The position numbers and the translations under genes are program-made. Under the pieces are notes generated by a model that did no database searches, was not told the DNA's origin, and saw nothing but the letters and a program-made list of their open reading frames with translations. From positions 1,488,180 through 1,552,179 of the forward strand of contig JAQGDQ010000005.1 in assembly GCA_030141605.1 (NCBI GenBank): a stretch of DNA of 64,000 nucleotides. The letters run 5' to 3'. Source of the stretch: Tubiluchus corallicola (Eukaryota > Animalia > Priapulida). Below are positions 50,647 through 63,893 of this stretch, one piece after another. The stretch's first letter is position 1. Each line of letters opens with the position of its first letter.

Positions 50647-52386
50647 TTGCTAACAAGTTTCAGTCGTAATCATTCTTGAAGTGATATGATTATATTGACC
50701 ACTGTACTTCCAATGAATGAAAGAATAAAAAAAAGTTAAGAAACAGTAATTGTTATTTAAATAATTTATATATGAAGCAGATTGATGAGCTTAATATCAG
50801 TTGCAATGTTGTTCAGGCTGTTCCCAAGAAATCATGAATGCCGGCAGTCACCTGTGCTGCTGACATACTATCTTGCTCTTGGATCTTCCAGATACAAAAG
50901 AAAAAATGAAAAAAATGAGTCATAATTCAGCAAATTCCTGTGCAACATTGCCTAATGCAGTTTTGTTACTGAATAGTTTTGCACAATGCTCACAATACAC
51001 GTAAATGCAAGCAGAGAAGCCTGTATATTGCCGACTTCGGTATTTTTAGGAATACGTGCAAAACCCACGAATATGTCGATTGTCCCATCGGTGGAGTGAG
51101 AACAAAAAACTAACCAATAAATACTACAGCACACGCGTAAATTGCCTTGTTTCCTGAGGTTTGGTAATACACTTCTAATAAAAATCTGACTGCAATGTTA
51201 TTTCTCGGACTTCCAATGTGGACCTCAGTAGGCCCTGGCAGAATATAAATGCAGACAGTGTGTAAACCTTGCATGTCAATTTCATTGCTGATTGTTTAAT
51301 TATGATAAATCGTCTTCACCGAACTCAATTTGTCGTAAAACTTTGATAGATTTTTATAGCCATCCGAATTATGGGGAGTTGACTGTACTACAGCATATGT
51401 CAGGTTGCATACCAAGTTTTTATCATCGTGAATGTTGTGTACAGTTTTATCATTATGAACAGTATCACAATTTATTTGGATTCTGTACCAGTTTAAATGC
51501 ACCATTTTTGTGTTTGCGAGTGAAAACTACATAAGATAGCTTCTCCCTTTCTACACTAACGTTACATACTTCAAGAGCGTGGATATCATTGCCAGTAATT
51601 TTGTTAGAACCTTTAGTTTGGCAAACCGGTGCAACACAAAGGCAAGGCATAGTTAATGTAGATGACATGGAGATCAACACACACACATTTCATTATCAAA
51701 ACTAATTTTCTAAAAAAACAACATTAACCGGAATACATCCTGTTTCGGTAAACCCATATGTTTGTTTACCAGATTCAGCATTGCTCAACTTCAGTCTGTA
51801 AACGTAAACTAATCAATCAGCTGTTTACTTTGTCCCAAAATCTTGATGCTGCCTTGGAACTTCCTGTATTCTATGAAAAATGGTATATTCCATTTCCTTC
51901 CTATACACATGCATTTCTTTTTGGTGAAAAAATATATTTGTGCCAGTAACGCTCGGGTTAACTGTGAATGCAGTGCGATAAAGGTAAAGCATATTAAGAA
52001 ATGATAGCAATACTGAGCAAGATGCTGATTTATTGCACCAAGAGCAAATTATTAAAACTGCAAAAGATAATTTTGAGGTGATTTATGATGAATGGCACTC
52101 TGCTCGTACTTTATTTTGAAGTTTTTACTATTCATATTTTTTGTCTAGTTGATCTGATAGTGATATGTACATTCTGATATTGATGTGACACTATTAAGTA
52201 AGAGTGTCAATAATCACCTACATAGAATATATTTTATGAATATACAATTAATACAAATTACACAAAGTAGTATCATTCTAATTAGATGAAATGCCATAAA
52301 ATTTAACACACCACCAGTTAGGCAAAGATTTACATTTAAGAAATATTATTTAATTTTATGCATTTTACTGTCTAATTACAATTCTG

Positions 52387-53736
52387 TCAGCTTCTTGCAC
52401 TTTCACTACTTTCATCACTACTAAATGTGCAAGAACTATCATCATCACTATCACTCATTTCAACAATTTTGAGACCTAAAGTTCTTTTGAGAAGTTGTTC
52501 CAAAGCACCTTCACTAACAGCACTGTCAAAATTAGCCTTTTCGATAGATTCTAGTTCGAAATCCACCTCAGGTTTTATTACAATATCTTCATACAGTAAA
52601 TGTGAAATGTGCAATATTGTTTTCTTATTCAGATGCTGAACCCAAATGCAATAGTCTGTCACATACAGATCATTTAATATGTCATACTGATCAATGCTTA
52701 GAAATCTGTGGACCTCGAGCAAACATTTTAACAAAATTGTGTTTGAAGCGAGTGAAAATATTGTTTGTACATCATCCAGAACCTTCGTCGACAAATTCCA
52801 ATTTCTATGTAAAGGAAAACACAAAGATCTTCTGTAACATGCAACACAAACCTCATGAATGGACAAAAAAGTGTCAAACCAAGAGAGAGTAGAACTGAGC
52901 TTACATACATTCCAATATGATTCTACATTGTTTTCACCAAGTGTAATTCTATGATTGTATGCCCATGCAAAAATTATGTCAACAAGACCCAGTAATGCTA
53001 TTTTCTGTTCGTAAGAGTCGAACAAATATTGTCTGCGAGGCAAAGACTTTAGTTGGTGCTTTTCTTCATTTGTAAATGAAGTTCCAGTATCACTGAAAAT
53101 TAAAGGGGAAAATTCCATCAATTCACGGATGTCCGATTCTTCATGTAAATCACACAGATAGTGTTCTTTGTCAAACCTTTCATTCTCCTGTTGAACACGC
53201 TTTAATTTCCGAACATTAAGTGGCGTGTTGTCTGGGTTCTTTATGTCTGTCACAGTAGAAAACTCATCACGGAGTTTACTAAAAATTCCATTCTTCAAGT
53301 TTGCAAAGCCATATTTGGTGCTATCTGATAAGTGTTTTTCTGGTAAATCAGCACGAAGAGGCCAATCACCACAGATAAGTTCCCCTGACACACCTTCATC
53401 ATGTATGTCATATATCTCCGGTACACTAGCTGGCACCTTACCCAGAGGAGTGAGCAATTTTGTTATCATGTCCAATCCATGAAACTCTTCACCGAGTGTT
53501 AATTTAGGAACTTTCACAATGAAAGAACAACTATCTACATCGTAAGTCGCTGACTCAGATCCATTTTCGACAATTTTGCCTGGAAGATACAGCCTTAGGA
53601 AATATGGCTTGCAGTAGAATTCCAAAATGTCGTTGTTGATGTAGAATTCTGCAGAAGAAATACTAGCATGTGGCGTTTGTATCTCCACAATTATGGTGCT
53701 GTAATCTTGTTTTATTGTAAAACTTGGAGTTAACAT
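52387..53736 (-). CDS. SHQ1: H/ACA ribonucleoprotein assembly factor SHQ1, single coding exon, 449 aa
   Basis: N-terminal CS domain MLTPSF...FYCKPYFLRLYLPGKIVENGSE, SHQ1 domain (KYGFAN, FDKEHYLCD, GLVDIIFAWAYNHRITLGENNVESYWNVCKLSSTLSWFD, YRRSLCFPLHRNW, ILNDLYVTDYCIWVQ) and an acidic tail. A 5' UTR intron is likely (acceptor at 53758-53759, candidate donor at 54451-54452). Confidence 0.96.
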   Translation of the reverse strand: MLTPSFTIKQDYSTIIVEIQTPHASISSAEFYINNDILEFYCKPYFLRLYLPGKIVENGSESATYDVDSCSFIVKVPKLTLGEEFHGLDMITKLLTPLGKVPASVPEIYDIHDEGVSGELICGDWPLRADLPEKHLSDSTKYGFANLKNGIFSKLRDEFSTVTDIKNPDNTPLNVRKLKRVQQENERFDKEHYLCDLHEESDIRELMEFSPLIFSDTGTSFTNEEKHQLKSLPRRQYLFDSYEQKIALLGLVDIIFAWAYNHRITLGENNVESYWNVCKLSSTLSWFDTFLSIHEVCVACYRRSLCFPLHRNWNLSTKVLDDVQTIFSLASNTILLKCLLEVHRFLSIDQYDILNDLYVTDYCIWVQHLNKKTILHISHLLYEDIVIKPEVDFELESIEKANFDSAVSEGALEQLLKRTLGLKIVEMSDSDDDSSCTFSSDESSESARS

Positions 53737-54843
53737 TCTGCCTCAAAGGGAACCTAACTGAAAAAATGATTGTGAAATACTTTTTAACTAATTAAAAAAC
53801 AGATTTAATATTTGTTATCAATTTATTATTTATGCACACTCTTACTATACAGCGATAAGTAGTGCCAAGATCTCGTTAACTGATAAAACTGGGTCGGTTA
53901 TGCTAGCAATAACTAGATCAGAAGTCACAAAGTTCGACAAGGGAATAAACTTTTACACAATGGCCTCTGCATTCGTTGGAAATACTCATTTCCATCACAC
54001 TTAGTGATAAATGTTTGAAATCCATATAACATTCAGTCAAACCTCGTTATATCCCAGCCCCTGTTACTAAGTAGCAAAGAAGATATTTTGCCTAAAAAAT
54101 TCTTTAATTAGTTGTTGATTCTAAAAATAGAGGACATAGTTTAACACTGTATAAAGAGCGGTCACAATATTCATATACTGTAAGTGGTGAATGAGTAGAA
54201 TCTGCCTGCATTAAAGTTTAAATCCTTAATCGACAATTATTTTGTGAAAAAATATGGGGCCTCTATGAGTGTACTTGCTTAACCCCTAAACATGGCAGTA
54301 CAACACATTTTCATAAGTTAAAGCAGAATTTTAAAAAAACCAACTCAGTTCAGTTTGTTTTCACAATAATGCAAAAATACAGGGTATACGGAATAATAAT
54401 AATGCAGTGGATCTTTACTTTAGATCGAAAAATTGACAGATTCATTGATTACCTCAGTATAGCGGCAAAACTGAGTCTGAGATATAAAATCACAATGACA
54501 CGACCCGTCTCAAGTTGGTTTGTTATTCGACATTCGATTTTCAACACTGAACGTAAAAACAGTCGTAAATTTTGTTTGGCGTTTGAGATTCGGCAAGCCT
54601 ACGTACAGACAGCGCTAGCGATGTGGGAAATCTTCCCATTTACTGAAGAAAGTCTACTGAAGAAAGTTTAGTTGTTCGTTGTTTCCTCGATGTCCACTCT
54701 ATCTGGTTAGATACGCACAAATGAATATCACCATGCAAGACACAAGTGACGTAATCAGCCTTGATACTTTATAAACCGTTTATGACTATTGTTGTTTTCG
54801 TTAAATTTCCAGCACAACACCACTTCTTTTTCTTGTTCCATTG

Positions 54844-55182
54844 CTATTTCAACAAATTTGCTATTTCATCAAGTTCCAACAACAGCTTTGCTATTTGTGG
54901 ATCTTCTGACTCAATTAGATTTTGGAAATTTACTTCTGTAATTAGTAGCACATTTCTTATCACCGTACATTTGAATAGATGCTCTGTCGTATCTTCTTCT
55001 TTACCAGAGAGTGGGCACCATAGATCTCCTTTAAATTTACTTCTATAATTACATTTTAGTGGTAGCATATTAAGCTTTATCTCTAAAACCCTTTTTGTCT
55101 GTTTCCGCCAGCTGTTTTCACTGTGCATGTCTTTACTATGACAAGTGCCAAGACTGCTCTGTCGCTCCCTCAGAATCATCAA
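54844..55182 (-). mobile_element. Non-LTR retrotransposon 3' fragment (C-terminal zinc-finger-like domain)
   Basis: KLNMLPLKCNYRSKFKGDLWCPLSGKEEDTTEHLFKC is a degenerate CxxC...HxxxC motif found downstream of RT. A related + strand tail (FQEMIKSEDLQILKKLLE) lies at about 56360-56415. Confidence 0.65.
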
Positions 55183-55819
55183 ATATTAACTCCTTCAGGA
55201 CTGCACAATTCAAAACAAGTCTTACAAGACCTATCACTTTTCTGCTATTGCATGAGCATAGCCATAACTAAATGATTATAAATTAGGTACAATTCTATTC
55301 AGGTGAATCATGGCTGTTAATTGTCCAATGATGTTAATTATTTAAACATTTATAAGTGATGTAATTGGATAAAATTAAGAGAAACAAACTCTTTTCAGGC
55401 ACTCCTATAGAGCCTATTGAGTATCTTAGTTTGATGTACACTTGCGTGATCGTACACACGCACACTATTTTATTGGTCATCTGCTTACTACAGCCCAAGA
55501 GAATTCTCTACTGCACATTGTTCCAGCAAAAGTTAGCAGATTAACCAGGAGAACTTGATGTAGTTTCATCTTTTAACAGGAAATTCTCCTTAACAATATA
55601 GTAGACTTGAGGCCGAAGTGTAGTGTTGTGTCTGGATAGCTGAAATTTTTTGCATTAGCTGATTCCACACAAGTGATACTGTACATTGCAACAGTGGAAA
55701 CACTACATTTACTGAAAGCTTTTTTTAAATTTTTCATGAAGAATCGATTTTTAGTTTATTTAAGGCAAGTAAATGCATTTTCCATACAATTTTGCATGAA
55801 CATCCTTTGTGTGAGAAGT

Positions 55820-56115
55820 GGGGGGGTGAGCACTGAACATTTGAATTCAATTCAAACCTAAAATTATCGATTCGAAAAATTTAGCCACGTATGTTCTTTA
55901 TCATTTAACCACAGTTTCTGTGCAAAATTTTTATTAAATTAAATTATTGGTTTCACTGCAGAACACAGTCAAGTACTATGCATGATCTTTGTAAGACCGC
56001 TTTTTACTAGTGGTTCGAAAACTTGCTAGAAAATCTTACAAACTCAATTTGAATTTGAAAGTCACAAATTCGATTTGGTTCGAATTCTTTTCTAACAGAC
56101 CTCTGCTCACCCCAA
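55820..56115. mobile_element. hAT-type MITE, same terminal family as 12037-12217
   Basis: Termini ggggtgagca ... tgctcacccc with internal ttcgaa/attcga subterminal repeats. Confidence 0.6.
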
Positions 56116-57287
56116 CTTGCAATGATTATAAACTATAAAGTAATCGTTGCTCAGTAAGGTGTTCTTGTCAGGTATTCTTGTCCAAGACTGTTGCCTTCCT
56201 CTCTTGTGGAGATAATGGTGCATGCAACACAAATGTTCTTTGTATCAATAGCTATTTTTATTACTTAATTAATGCATTCTTAAGAATGTAAACTACCCAT
56301 GATCCAAAATTTACTGGAATGTGAAGTAATAGAAGGAAGTTCACAAACCAAAAGAAAGGTTTTCAAGAAATGATTAAATCAGAGGATCTGCAAATCTTAA
56401 AGAAATTACTTGAAAGAAGTGCAAATGGTGATGGATATAAGGAAAAGAAGAGGTTTGCAGGTAATACTATGAAAAGAAAACCAAAGGTAATAGGAGGATG
56501 GTGCTGGTGAAAAAAGTTACTTGCATCTCGTATACGGAACGAAGAACATATGTGGCTTAAGTGCTGAATTATTCGATTTTATGATTTTAGGTTCGAACCG
56601 AATTTGATTCGAACGTTTGATGCGTTTATTTCACATGTTGATACTAGCCAATCGTTAATAATTTAAGGAGTTAACTGTTAACTGTGGTTTTCTTTCTTTT
56701 TTAGCCAGGCACTCATTGGTACAAAAAAAGTTTTTTGCAGAACTGAGCTGAACCAAAGATCGAAATAAGCCATAGCCCAGGATACATGATAATTTTGAAG
56801 GTTTCCTGTAATATAGAATTAATGGCGAGGTAGTCGGTTCTTCGTAGTTGTTTTGGTGTTTAAGTACAGATGCTGTTGAATCCTATTTCCGATGTCAAAT
56901 TCATCATAGCGAATGTGAGGTATCATTTACGTAGTCTAGATGTGCAGTAAAATTGCCATGTATTAATAGTACTAGTATGTATTAGTCTGAATCTTTATAC
57001 TGCACGTGGGTCGTTCGCGCAAGCTCGACATTTGCGTGCACAGTCTTCCATGTAATGTACAGCCTTATGTTGTGCTACCTTTAGCATTTCCATTGTTAGT
57101 TCGCTCATAATAGGGCGATTTTAACTAATTCGGTTCTACTTAATTTAGAAGCACAAATTTCCATGGGTGATTAATTAATTAAAAATTGTTATAAATCCGG
57201 CAATTAACTAAATTTTGATCCCAAACTTGAAAGATTGGAAATGTAAAAATATTTTGACACTGGAAATGCTGGCCACCTGAACCACTA

Positions 57288-57360
57288 GGAGATGCATTTG
57301 CCTAGCGGTTAAGGCATTTGCAATGTAAGCGCAAGGTCCCTGATTCAAGTCAAGACTGTC
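57288..57360 (+). mobile_element. Decayed tRNA-derived SINE head or tRNA pseudogene
   Basis: A-box-like tgcctagcggttaagg and B-box-like gattcaagtc at tRNA spacing. The acceptor stem does not pair. Confidence 0.5.
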
Positions 57361-59050
57361 AAATCAAATCAAGTTTATTTTTCTCTGTAACATTTCAGGA
57401 GCGCATATGTATAATAAAAATATACAAACATAATTAGAGTAATAAACACTGTTAATAAAGTAAATGTAAAGTCAAAGAGATAGGGCGCCAAATTGACTAA
57501 AAAGTCCTCCAAGTACAATTTATCTGGCAACAAACTAGGTTAATTTGGGCACTGGTTAACATGGCAGATTAAATAATTATGTAAAGTTTTCTGTTAAGTG
57601 ATTGTAGATAATTATCATCTAAATGCATAATTTTCATTATGTACTGAAGTTCATTATGGACTGCATCCCAACTTTTTTGCAATTTCCCCACCTTTCAAGT
57701 TTGTTATCAGTCGCTAGCAAAATTTAGTTTATTATCAGTTTCACTTTGTAACATCACTTAACCATGTGCTAGAACTTTCAATTTGACGAAGTTGATACAT
57801 TGTCACAAACAAGTAGCATTGCCACCATTAAACTCTTTCTAGCAGTTTGTTCAATTCAATTTTTATTTATTTATCTCTTTTGAACACTATAACAGAACAT
57901 CATTTATAACAGAATGAATAAATAAATCGTGAAAAATTGATACAGTAGATAATTACAGAACTAGAGAAAGGATAGCGAAAAGTCACCTAGTCTGCTATCC
58001 TCTGCCAGATATAGAAAATGATCTTTAGTGGGCATGAAAATTTAAGGTTATCAGTTTAATTTAGGAAGCATTATTAATTTTTAGAATTTTTTTATATATA
58101 ACTAAGCAATCCAATATAAAGAAAAATAGTGATCAGTAGAATAGGGTCAATCTTGCGTAAACTAAAGAAATTAATATTTTAATTTTGAGTTAAAACAGGT
58201 CATGTCTTTCACGTAATAATAAAACATTTCGGATTAGGTATAACATTGGATCAACAATGAAAATTAGATACATTTTGATTATGAGTTCATGTCAAGGCCG
58301 GTTGTATAATAATAAATACACTGACTTGGGTTAAGATGTAAAATAATTTTCAACTTGCTGACTAGTGATCGATTATATTACATGTAATAAGTTTCGATTG
58401 TTTTTTATAATAACAGTTTTACAGCTTAGTAAAGGTCAGGTTTGTGCAGTGTACAACCCCTGAAACTTTACTTGAAAAACTCTGGAAAAGTGGTACCATG
58501 GCATAACTTTAATAGTTGCTATGTCTATAAAGAAGAGAAGAAAGAGACAAAGTATTCCCATATATTATAATAATGTGAGTAGTGGACACAGTTTACAATG
58601 TCATGGGCAACTGCATTCCAAGTATTATTGGCAGCTCAAGAACCATTAAATGACAAAATTAATTGAGTATTATAATTTTTATGAGCTGCAGATTCATGTT
58701 CTGCTATAGTATTTTGAATCTTATAATAACTAATATAGTCAAGTTTAGGAAGTTAGGTGAAGAAAATAAGATCTAGTTGAGTAAGAACTTAACATTAATC
58801 AAAGTCATTTAATGGCAATTGCTTTTTTAGTTTAGCGGTCAAGATTTAAATATTGTTAGAATTTTTAATATTACTATTCAAAGAATTCAAGAACTTAACA
58901 GCTTTGAATTTCATAGTAATTAATACATGAGTGGTAAGGAATCTGGGCATAAAACATAGATCACGAGTAGCTGATCTGGTTTCATAGTTATAGATTTCAG
59001 ATATGGGATTAAAATAGTTAGAGAATAGTTGACGTCTTGCTTTTCTGATC
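57361..59050 (-). mobile_element. Stacked, decayed 3' fragments of CR1/L2-like LINEs
   Basis: Minus-strand AATAAA plus short-repeat tails at about 57361-57380 and 57852-57875. Remnant peptide NYFNPISEIYNYETRSATRDLCFMP at about 58945-59030. Confidence 0.45.
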
Positions 59051-59620
59051 TCATAGCGCCATTAGACTTTCGGCCGGCTCATAGCTGCTTGCAGTTCGCA
59101 TGAGATCATTATAGTCCAGGTCTTTGGCTAGAGCTGCTTTCCATAGTTTATCATTAGATGTTCCAAATATTTGCGTGTCTTTGGTAGCATGCTTCTTTGT
59201 GTACTTTTTTGTATCACACTAGCATTGTCTGGCTAGTTTCTCTGCTTCTCGTATAAATTCTGTGAAGGTTTTAGTTCCTTGTTTCACATGCGTTAGTTTA
59301 AGCATTGCCATGGACTGATTCACATATTTTAAACATTCATTTTGTATTTTCTTTAGTGTATCTTTACATCTGTCTTGTACTATTCCTGCATCTGCATCAT
59401 TGTAGCTAGTGACACCGGATTGTAGCTAATACCAGTTTTCTCCAGTTCTTGCCTCCCCACAGGAGTATTAAGTGTAGCTTTTGCTCATCATCATTTACAC
59501 CAACAGAGCGTATCAGCAGCTTGGTTTGCTCAATCCAGTCTTCAAAAGGTTCTAGATATTGTGCCCAGATTGCATTCTTGCCCAGCTGCAACTAGGGCTG
59601 CATCAATCGCTTTCGGCATC
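59051..59620 (-). mobile_element. Degenerate Gypsy-type gag fragment
   Basis: FEDWIEQTKLLIRSVGVNDDEQKLHLILLWGG, then after a frameshift KQGTKTFTEFIREAEKLARQC*CD...KDTQIFGTSNDKLWKAALAKDLDY. This is a retrotransposon gag-like pattern with an internal stop. Confidence 0.6.
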
Positions 59621-60163
59621 CTTGTCTTGACCTCACTTTAATAACTAAACTCTATGTGTCAAAACATATCGTTATTGTTAAGATCCCTACTCCTGCTGAA
59701 TTATATGAAAACAACTGGATTACACACTGATTAATTGGCAATTTAAAACACTTTGGACAGCGGGAGAGTTTTGTAATTCATATTGAAAATTAAGTCGTTC
59801 TGTGATGTGCATAAGAGTAGCAATGTATGCAGCAGAACAACTACAAGAAACCTGTAGGTTGTAGACCTGCATTTTGGTACCATCATTATGAATAAATTGA
59901 ACTTCCTGGAGCTGGAGTCTGCTAACTGTTGATGATTTCTAGCTTTTGTAGCTAGAGTGGTCTGGCAAAGTTTTTACTTCCTCTATAATAGGCTTATAGA
60001 GTTTTATATTTGTTTTCAATAGTAACGATGGTATAAGTATATAATGTTTTTGATGATCATTGTTTAATAATTGCAGACATTGAGCATATTTGACATTCTT
60101 GGGAAGCGATAAATGTACCTGAGTCAGTCAGCTTTTTCCGTAATTGTTCGGAATACCTGAGAA

Positions 60164-63100
60164 ATGGCTGAAGAAGATGACGAAGACCCCATTGTGCAGG
60201 AAGTATGTACATACATCATTACCTTCTTAAGCAGATGTCAGAGCTACCTAATACCATTATAAAGTTGGATATTTTTGTGGAAGCAATTTTTTTCTGCGAA
60301 TTAGACTTTAAGTGTTGTTGTTTTGTTATAAATACTGTATTTTTATAATTTAACAGATTGATGTGTATCTTGCTAAAAGCATGGCAAAAAAGTTGTACTT
60401 ATTTCAGGTAAGTTGCTGCAATACTTCACTTTTGCTCGTACATAAAATTAGTTGCTCATACAGTTCATGATAATGACTAGTCTGGGGACTAAGGGACTAA
60501 GAATTTTACTGTAAGTTGTGTAAAATGTGGCTACCGCAGTGGAGAGACATTTGCTGCTGGAGTGAATTTCTTTAATGGTACCATTAAAACTTTATTTTAG
60601 GCTACAAACTTACTTTTCCCGGTTGACCTATGCCTTCCTATTTTACCCTATATTGTTAAAGGAAGACAGAATGATTTTTCGTGCACTACTCCACTTTCAA
60701 GTGCGGTAAAAACTATGCGTATTAACATCAATAATACTGCAAAAGTGTTATTAATGGATTAATGGATTAAAGTAAATAATAATAATAATTTAATTTAATC
60801 TGATAACTAAATAATGGATTAAAATCTTAATTAACTTAATAGTGAGCCCAATTGTTAATGGCATCACAAACGAACCTAAATTTCAATAGCAAAAACATTC
60901 CATGAGCATGTTGTACGTATTTGCAACAGTGAAATTGAGGTACAGCACTATTGAAAGAGATTCAGTGTGTTGTACTAAAACTCGTCAAGTTTTAAGATGC
61001 AAATTCACATTTCAAACTTACTGCTGTGCTCATGTATGAGCTGTCGAATATGTGCAGTATGTCACAAATAAACACCTCTGAACTGGGACATACAGCACCT
61101 CGTTTTTTGTGCAACGCGTCTCTGAAATGCAGCAGGCACTAGTGCCCGTGTTAGGCACTGGCAAATAGCGAAATGCATATAATAGCGAAGAACTAGAGGC
61201 GCGAATGCGAACTTGCATTTGTGTAGTAATAATTCTTTCACGTAAGTCATTTTTGAAAAAATGGTATTATTCCATTCACTATTTTAAAGAGTAGATTGTT
61301 TTGACCTACAGTTTAAGATTAGGACCTGTTTTCCTTTAATATAGGACTAGCATCCCTGAACTTTGCATGTCTGTAATGTACATCTTTAGGTACTTCACAT
61401 TAGTATATCATACTATCAGCTATTAAGAATTATAATAAACTACATTAGCAAGCTGCGAAAGTGGACATAAATGTAAATATAAAACTGTTTGTACTATATG
61501 TGTTGACAAAAAGTAAGAAAATAGGCTTGTGATGATGAAAAAAGACTCGAAGTGGATTTTTATGCTTCCAGTGACATGCTTGCTATATTCATGTGTATGT
61601 CGTATTTGTGTTATGGTATGTTGGTATTAACAGGTCAAAAGGACTTGTTTGATATTAATTATTGGTGCCTCCTTTTGGTGTTGTATAGTGAAGATTTTTG
61701 TATTTTAATGGTCAGTTGTAAACTTAGCTATTTATATCCTTATATTTATTACTTGTAACTTTACATTAGTTTGTTGTTGTGCATTTTGTATAAATTGCTT
61801 TTGTATTCAAAGAACAAGTTAGACTAAGCGTTGAATATTTGTTTTAGTATCCTATTCGCCCTGCTGGAATGACTTACGATGACACGACCGTATTGGCATC
61901 AAGGATCAAACCTAATCAGAAAAAGGTATTTTAGCATTGTCTGTGCTAAAAGAATTACCTTATACACAAATTTTATTGCATATAAAATTATTATTTATTA
62001 TTAAGAAAATTATGGCACACAACTTAATAAAAATAGCCTTGCTACACTGGCAAATTGCAAACAGGTGTTTTTTGTGCAAATTACAACAAACTTTCAGTGC
62101 TCTGTGTAACACTGCGCAATGCTGTTTAACCTGCAGAGGGAAAACTTTGTATGTTAATTCCTTGAATTTGGTATCATGTTTAATTCTAATTCTAGGTTGA
62201 GCTGGAACTTGCAGTCAACACGTCTAGTTCAAACTACTCATATAGCAAAGGTCAGCAGATTGCTTTGAATGTTGATGGCTCAGCACATGGAAGCGATTCT
62301 GCATTCTTTGATAGCGATGTTATGAATAAACAAGTACTAACGTCTTCCCCCTTTGAGTCTAAGACCATTCAGTATGCTGCCGGTGTGCTTTATAATGGTA
62401 TGCATCTGTAACGATTATTTAACTATGACATATTTTTTTTTAATTATTGGAATGCTAGCCAACAATAGAAAAATTATTGTTCTTTTTATTTGTTGCTAAA
62501 TCCACTTCTGAACTTGTTTGAATCGGCAACATTCGTTCAGTAAAAGACACAGTCAAATGATCTATTTTCCAAAAACAAATTCTATGTGAAACAAGGGTAT
62601 TTAAGATAACTGTGTGGTTTTGCGGTTTTAGCCTAATAACTATTGGTTTTATAGGAGAGCTACACATTACACCTTTAAATGGAGTTCTGCAGCTGAAACC
62701 CAGTTTTTCATATCTAGATCGAGCAGATACCAAAGTTAAACAGGAGTTGGGAGCTACCAAAGATGAAGGTAATGACTATGTGATGTCAAACAAGAGCTCT
62801 TGTATGAGAAAATAAAATGTGGCGATGAACTACTGACAGTTTTCTGCTCTGAAATTTCTGCCATATCCAATTTATTTGTTTTTAGAACTTTACTAAGCAT
62901 AGCTTTTACAATATCCTATGTATCATATTTGTAATCATAGATCAGACATATTTTTGCCTTTACCTGCTTCTGGAGTTTTTGTGTTAGAAACATATTTAAG
63001 ATAATCTATATGTTACGAATAGATTATGGTAGGAGTAGAGGTGGTAATTATACTAAATTTGTAACAGATATCCAGCCTTTTTACTGGTTCCAACTTTCGT

Positions 63101-63893
63101 TTGTAAACTGCTTATAAAATTTTACAAGAGAGCCTAAAGTTTTTCTGACTATAGGTGAAACTGTAATGAAAACACAAAAATGTATATTTACTATTTTTAT
63201 CTGTAGAAATGAATTTTTTCTGTATTTCGAGGTGACTTATCACAAGAAGAAGAAGAAGCTAAACCAGTTACAGTTAAATACGCTAGACATGAGTCAGATC
63301 AAGCAAAAGCACGAAGAATGCAATCCTATGAATACATAACACAGCAAAAAGCTACAGAACCCTGGATTGACCTACAGTATCATTCCTATTTTGTAAGTAG
63401 TTTTTCGTCTAATAATGTTGTTAGTGCTACTAAAATGTATTACATTAATAGTATGTTTCATGTGTGTTTTTTCCAATTTTTCATTTACTCTGGCCTGATT
63501 AAGTTTTGGGCATGGGTAAGAGTTTTGCTGTATTTACCAGGTGTGCATGTGACTAAAGATTTTTATGCACTTGATGACATACACGTGTCACTTCAAATTT
63601 GGCCAAAATCATGTTTATATTTAGCTATGCAAGAGTTGTTAAAAAGTATGGAAATATTTGCGAGGCGTATCGGTACAGATAACTCTTTGTGTAAAGGTAT
63701 CACATGTATACTGAATACATGAATTTTATACTATATGTTGTTAAAATGATTGTATTATTTTTCAGAGTTCAAAAAGTAAGAGACAGCGAGAGCAGTTGTA
63801 TTGTGCTAAAACTGAGGTAGATATGAGTGAATTCAATGCAGAACCAAGAGATTATTTAAACATACTCGCTCCAGAACAGTCAAGTGACACTAG
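60164..63893 (+). CDS. POLR3E: RNA polymerase III subunit RPC5 (POLR3E/SIN), first 7 coding exons; continues beyond the window
   Basis: Exons 60164-60202, 60357-60407, 61848-61925, 62196-62397, 62655-62768, 63232-63392 and 63766-63893. They read MAEEDDEDPIVQEIDVYLAKSMAKKLYLFQYPIRPAGMTYDD...IKPNQKKVELEL...SKGQQIALNVDG...GELHITPLNGVLQLKPSFSYLDRAD...RRMQSYEY...EPWIDL. Confidence 0.95.

Noticed and set aside
51465-51686. MPCLCVAPVC as a THAP-domain start of a decayed transposase
   Set aside because: The downstream THAP residues (FP, W, CxxHF) were not found; too weak to call.
52427-53482. Several + strand ORFs overlapping SHQ1
   Set aside because: Antisense shadows of the SHQ1 coding sequence.
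57288-57360. Functional tRNA gene
   Set aside because: The acceptor and anticodon stems do not pair, so it was treated as a SINE head or pseudogene.
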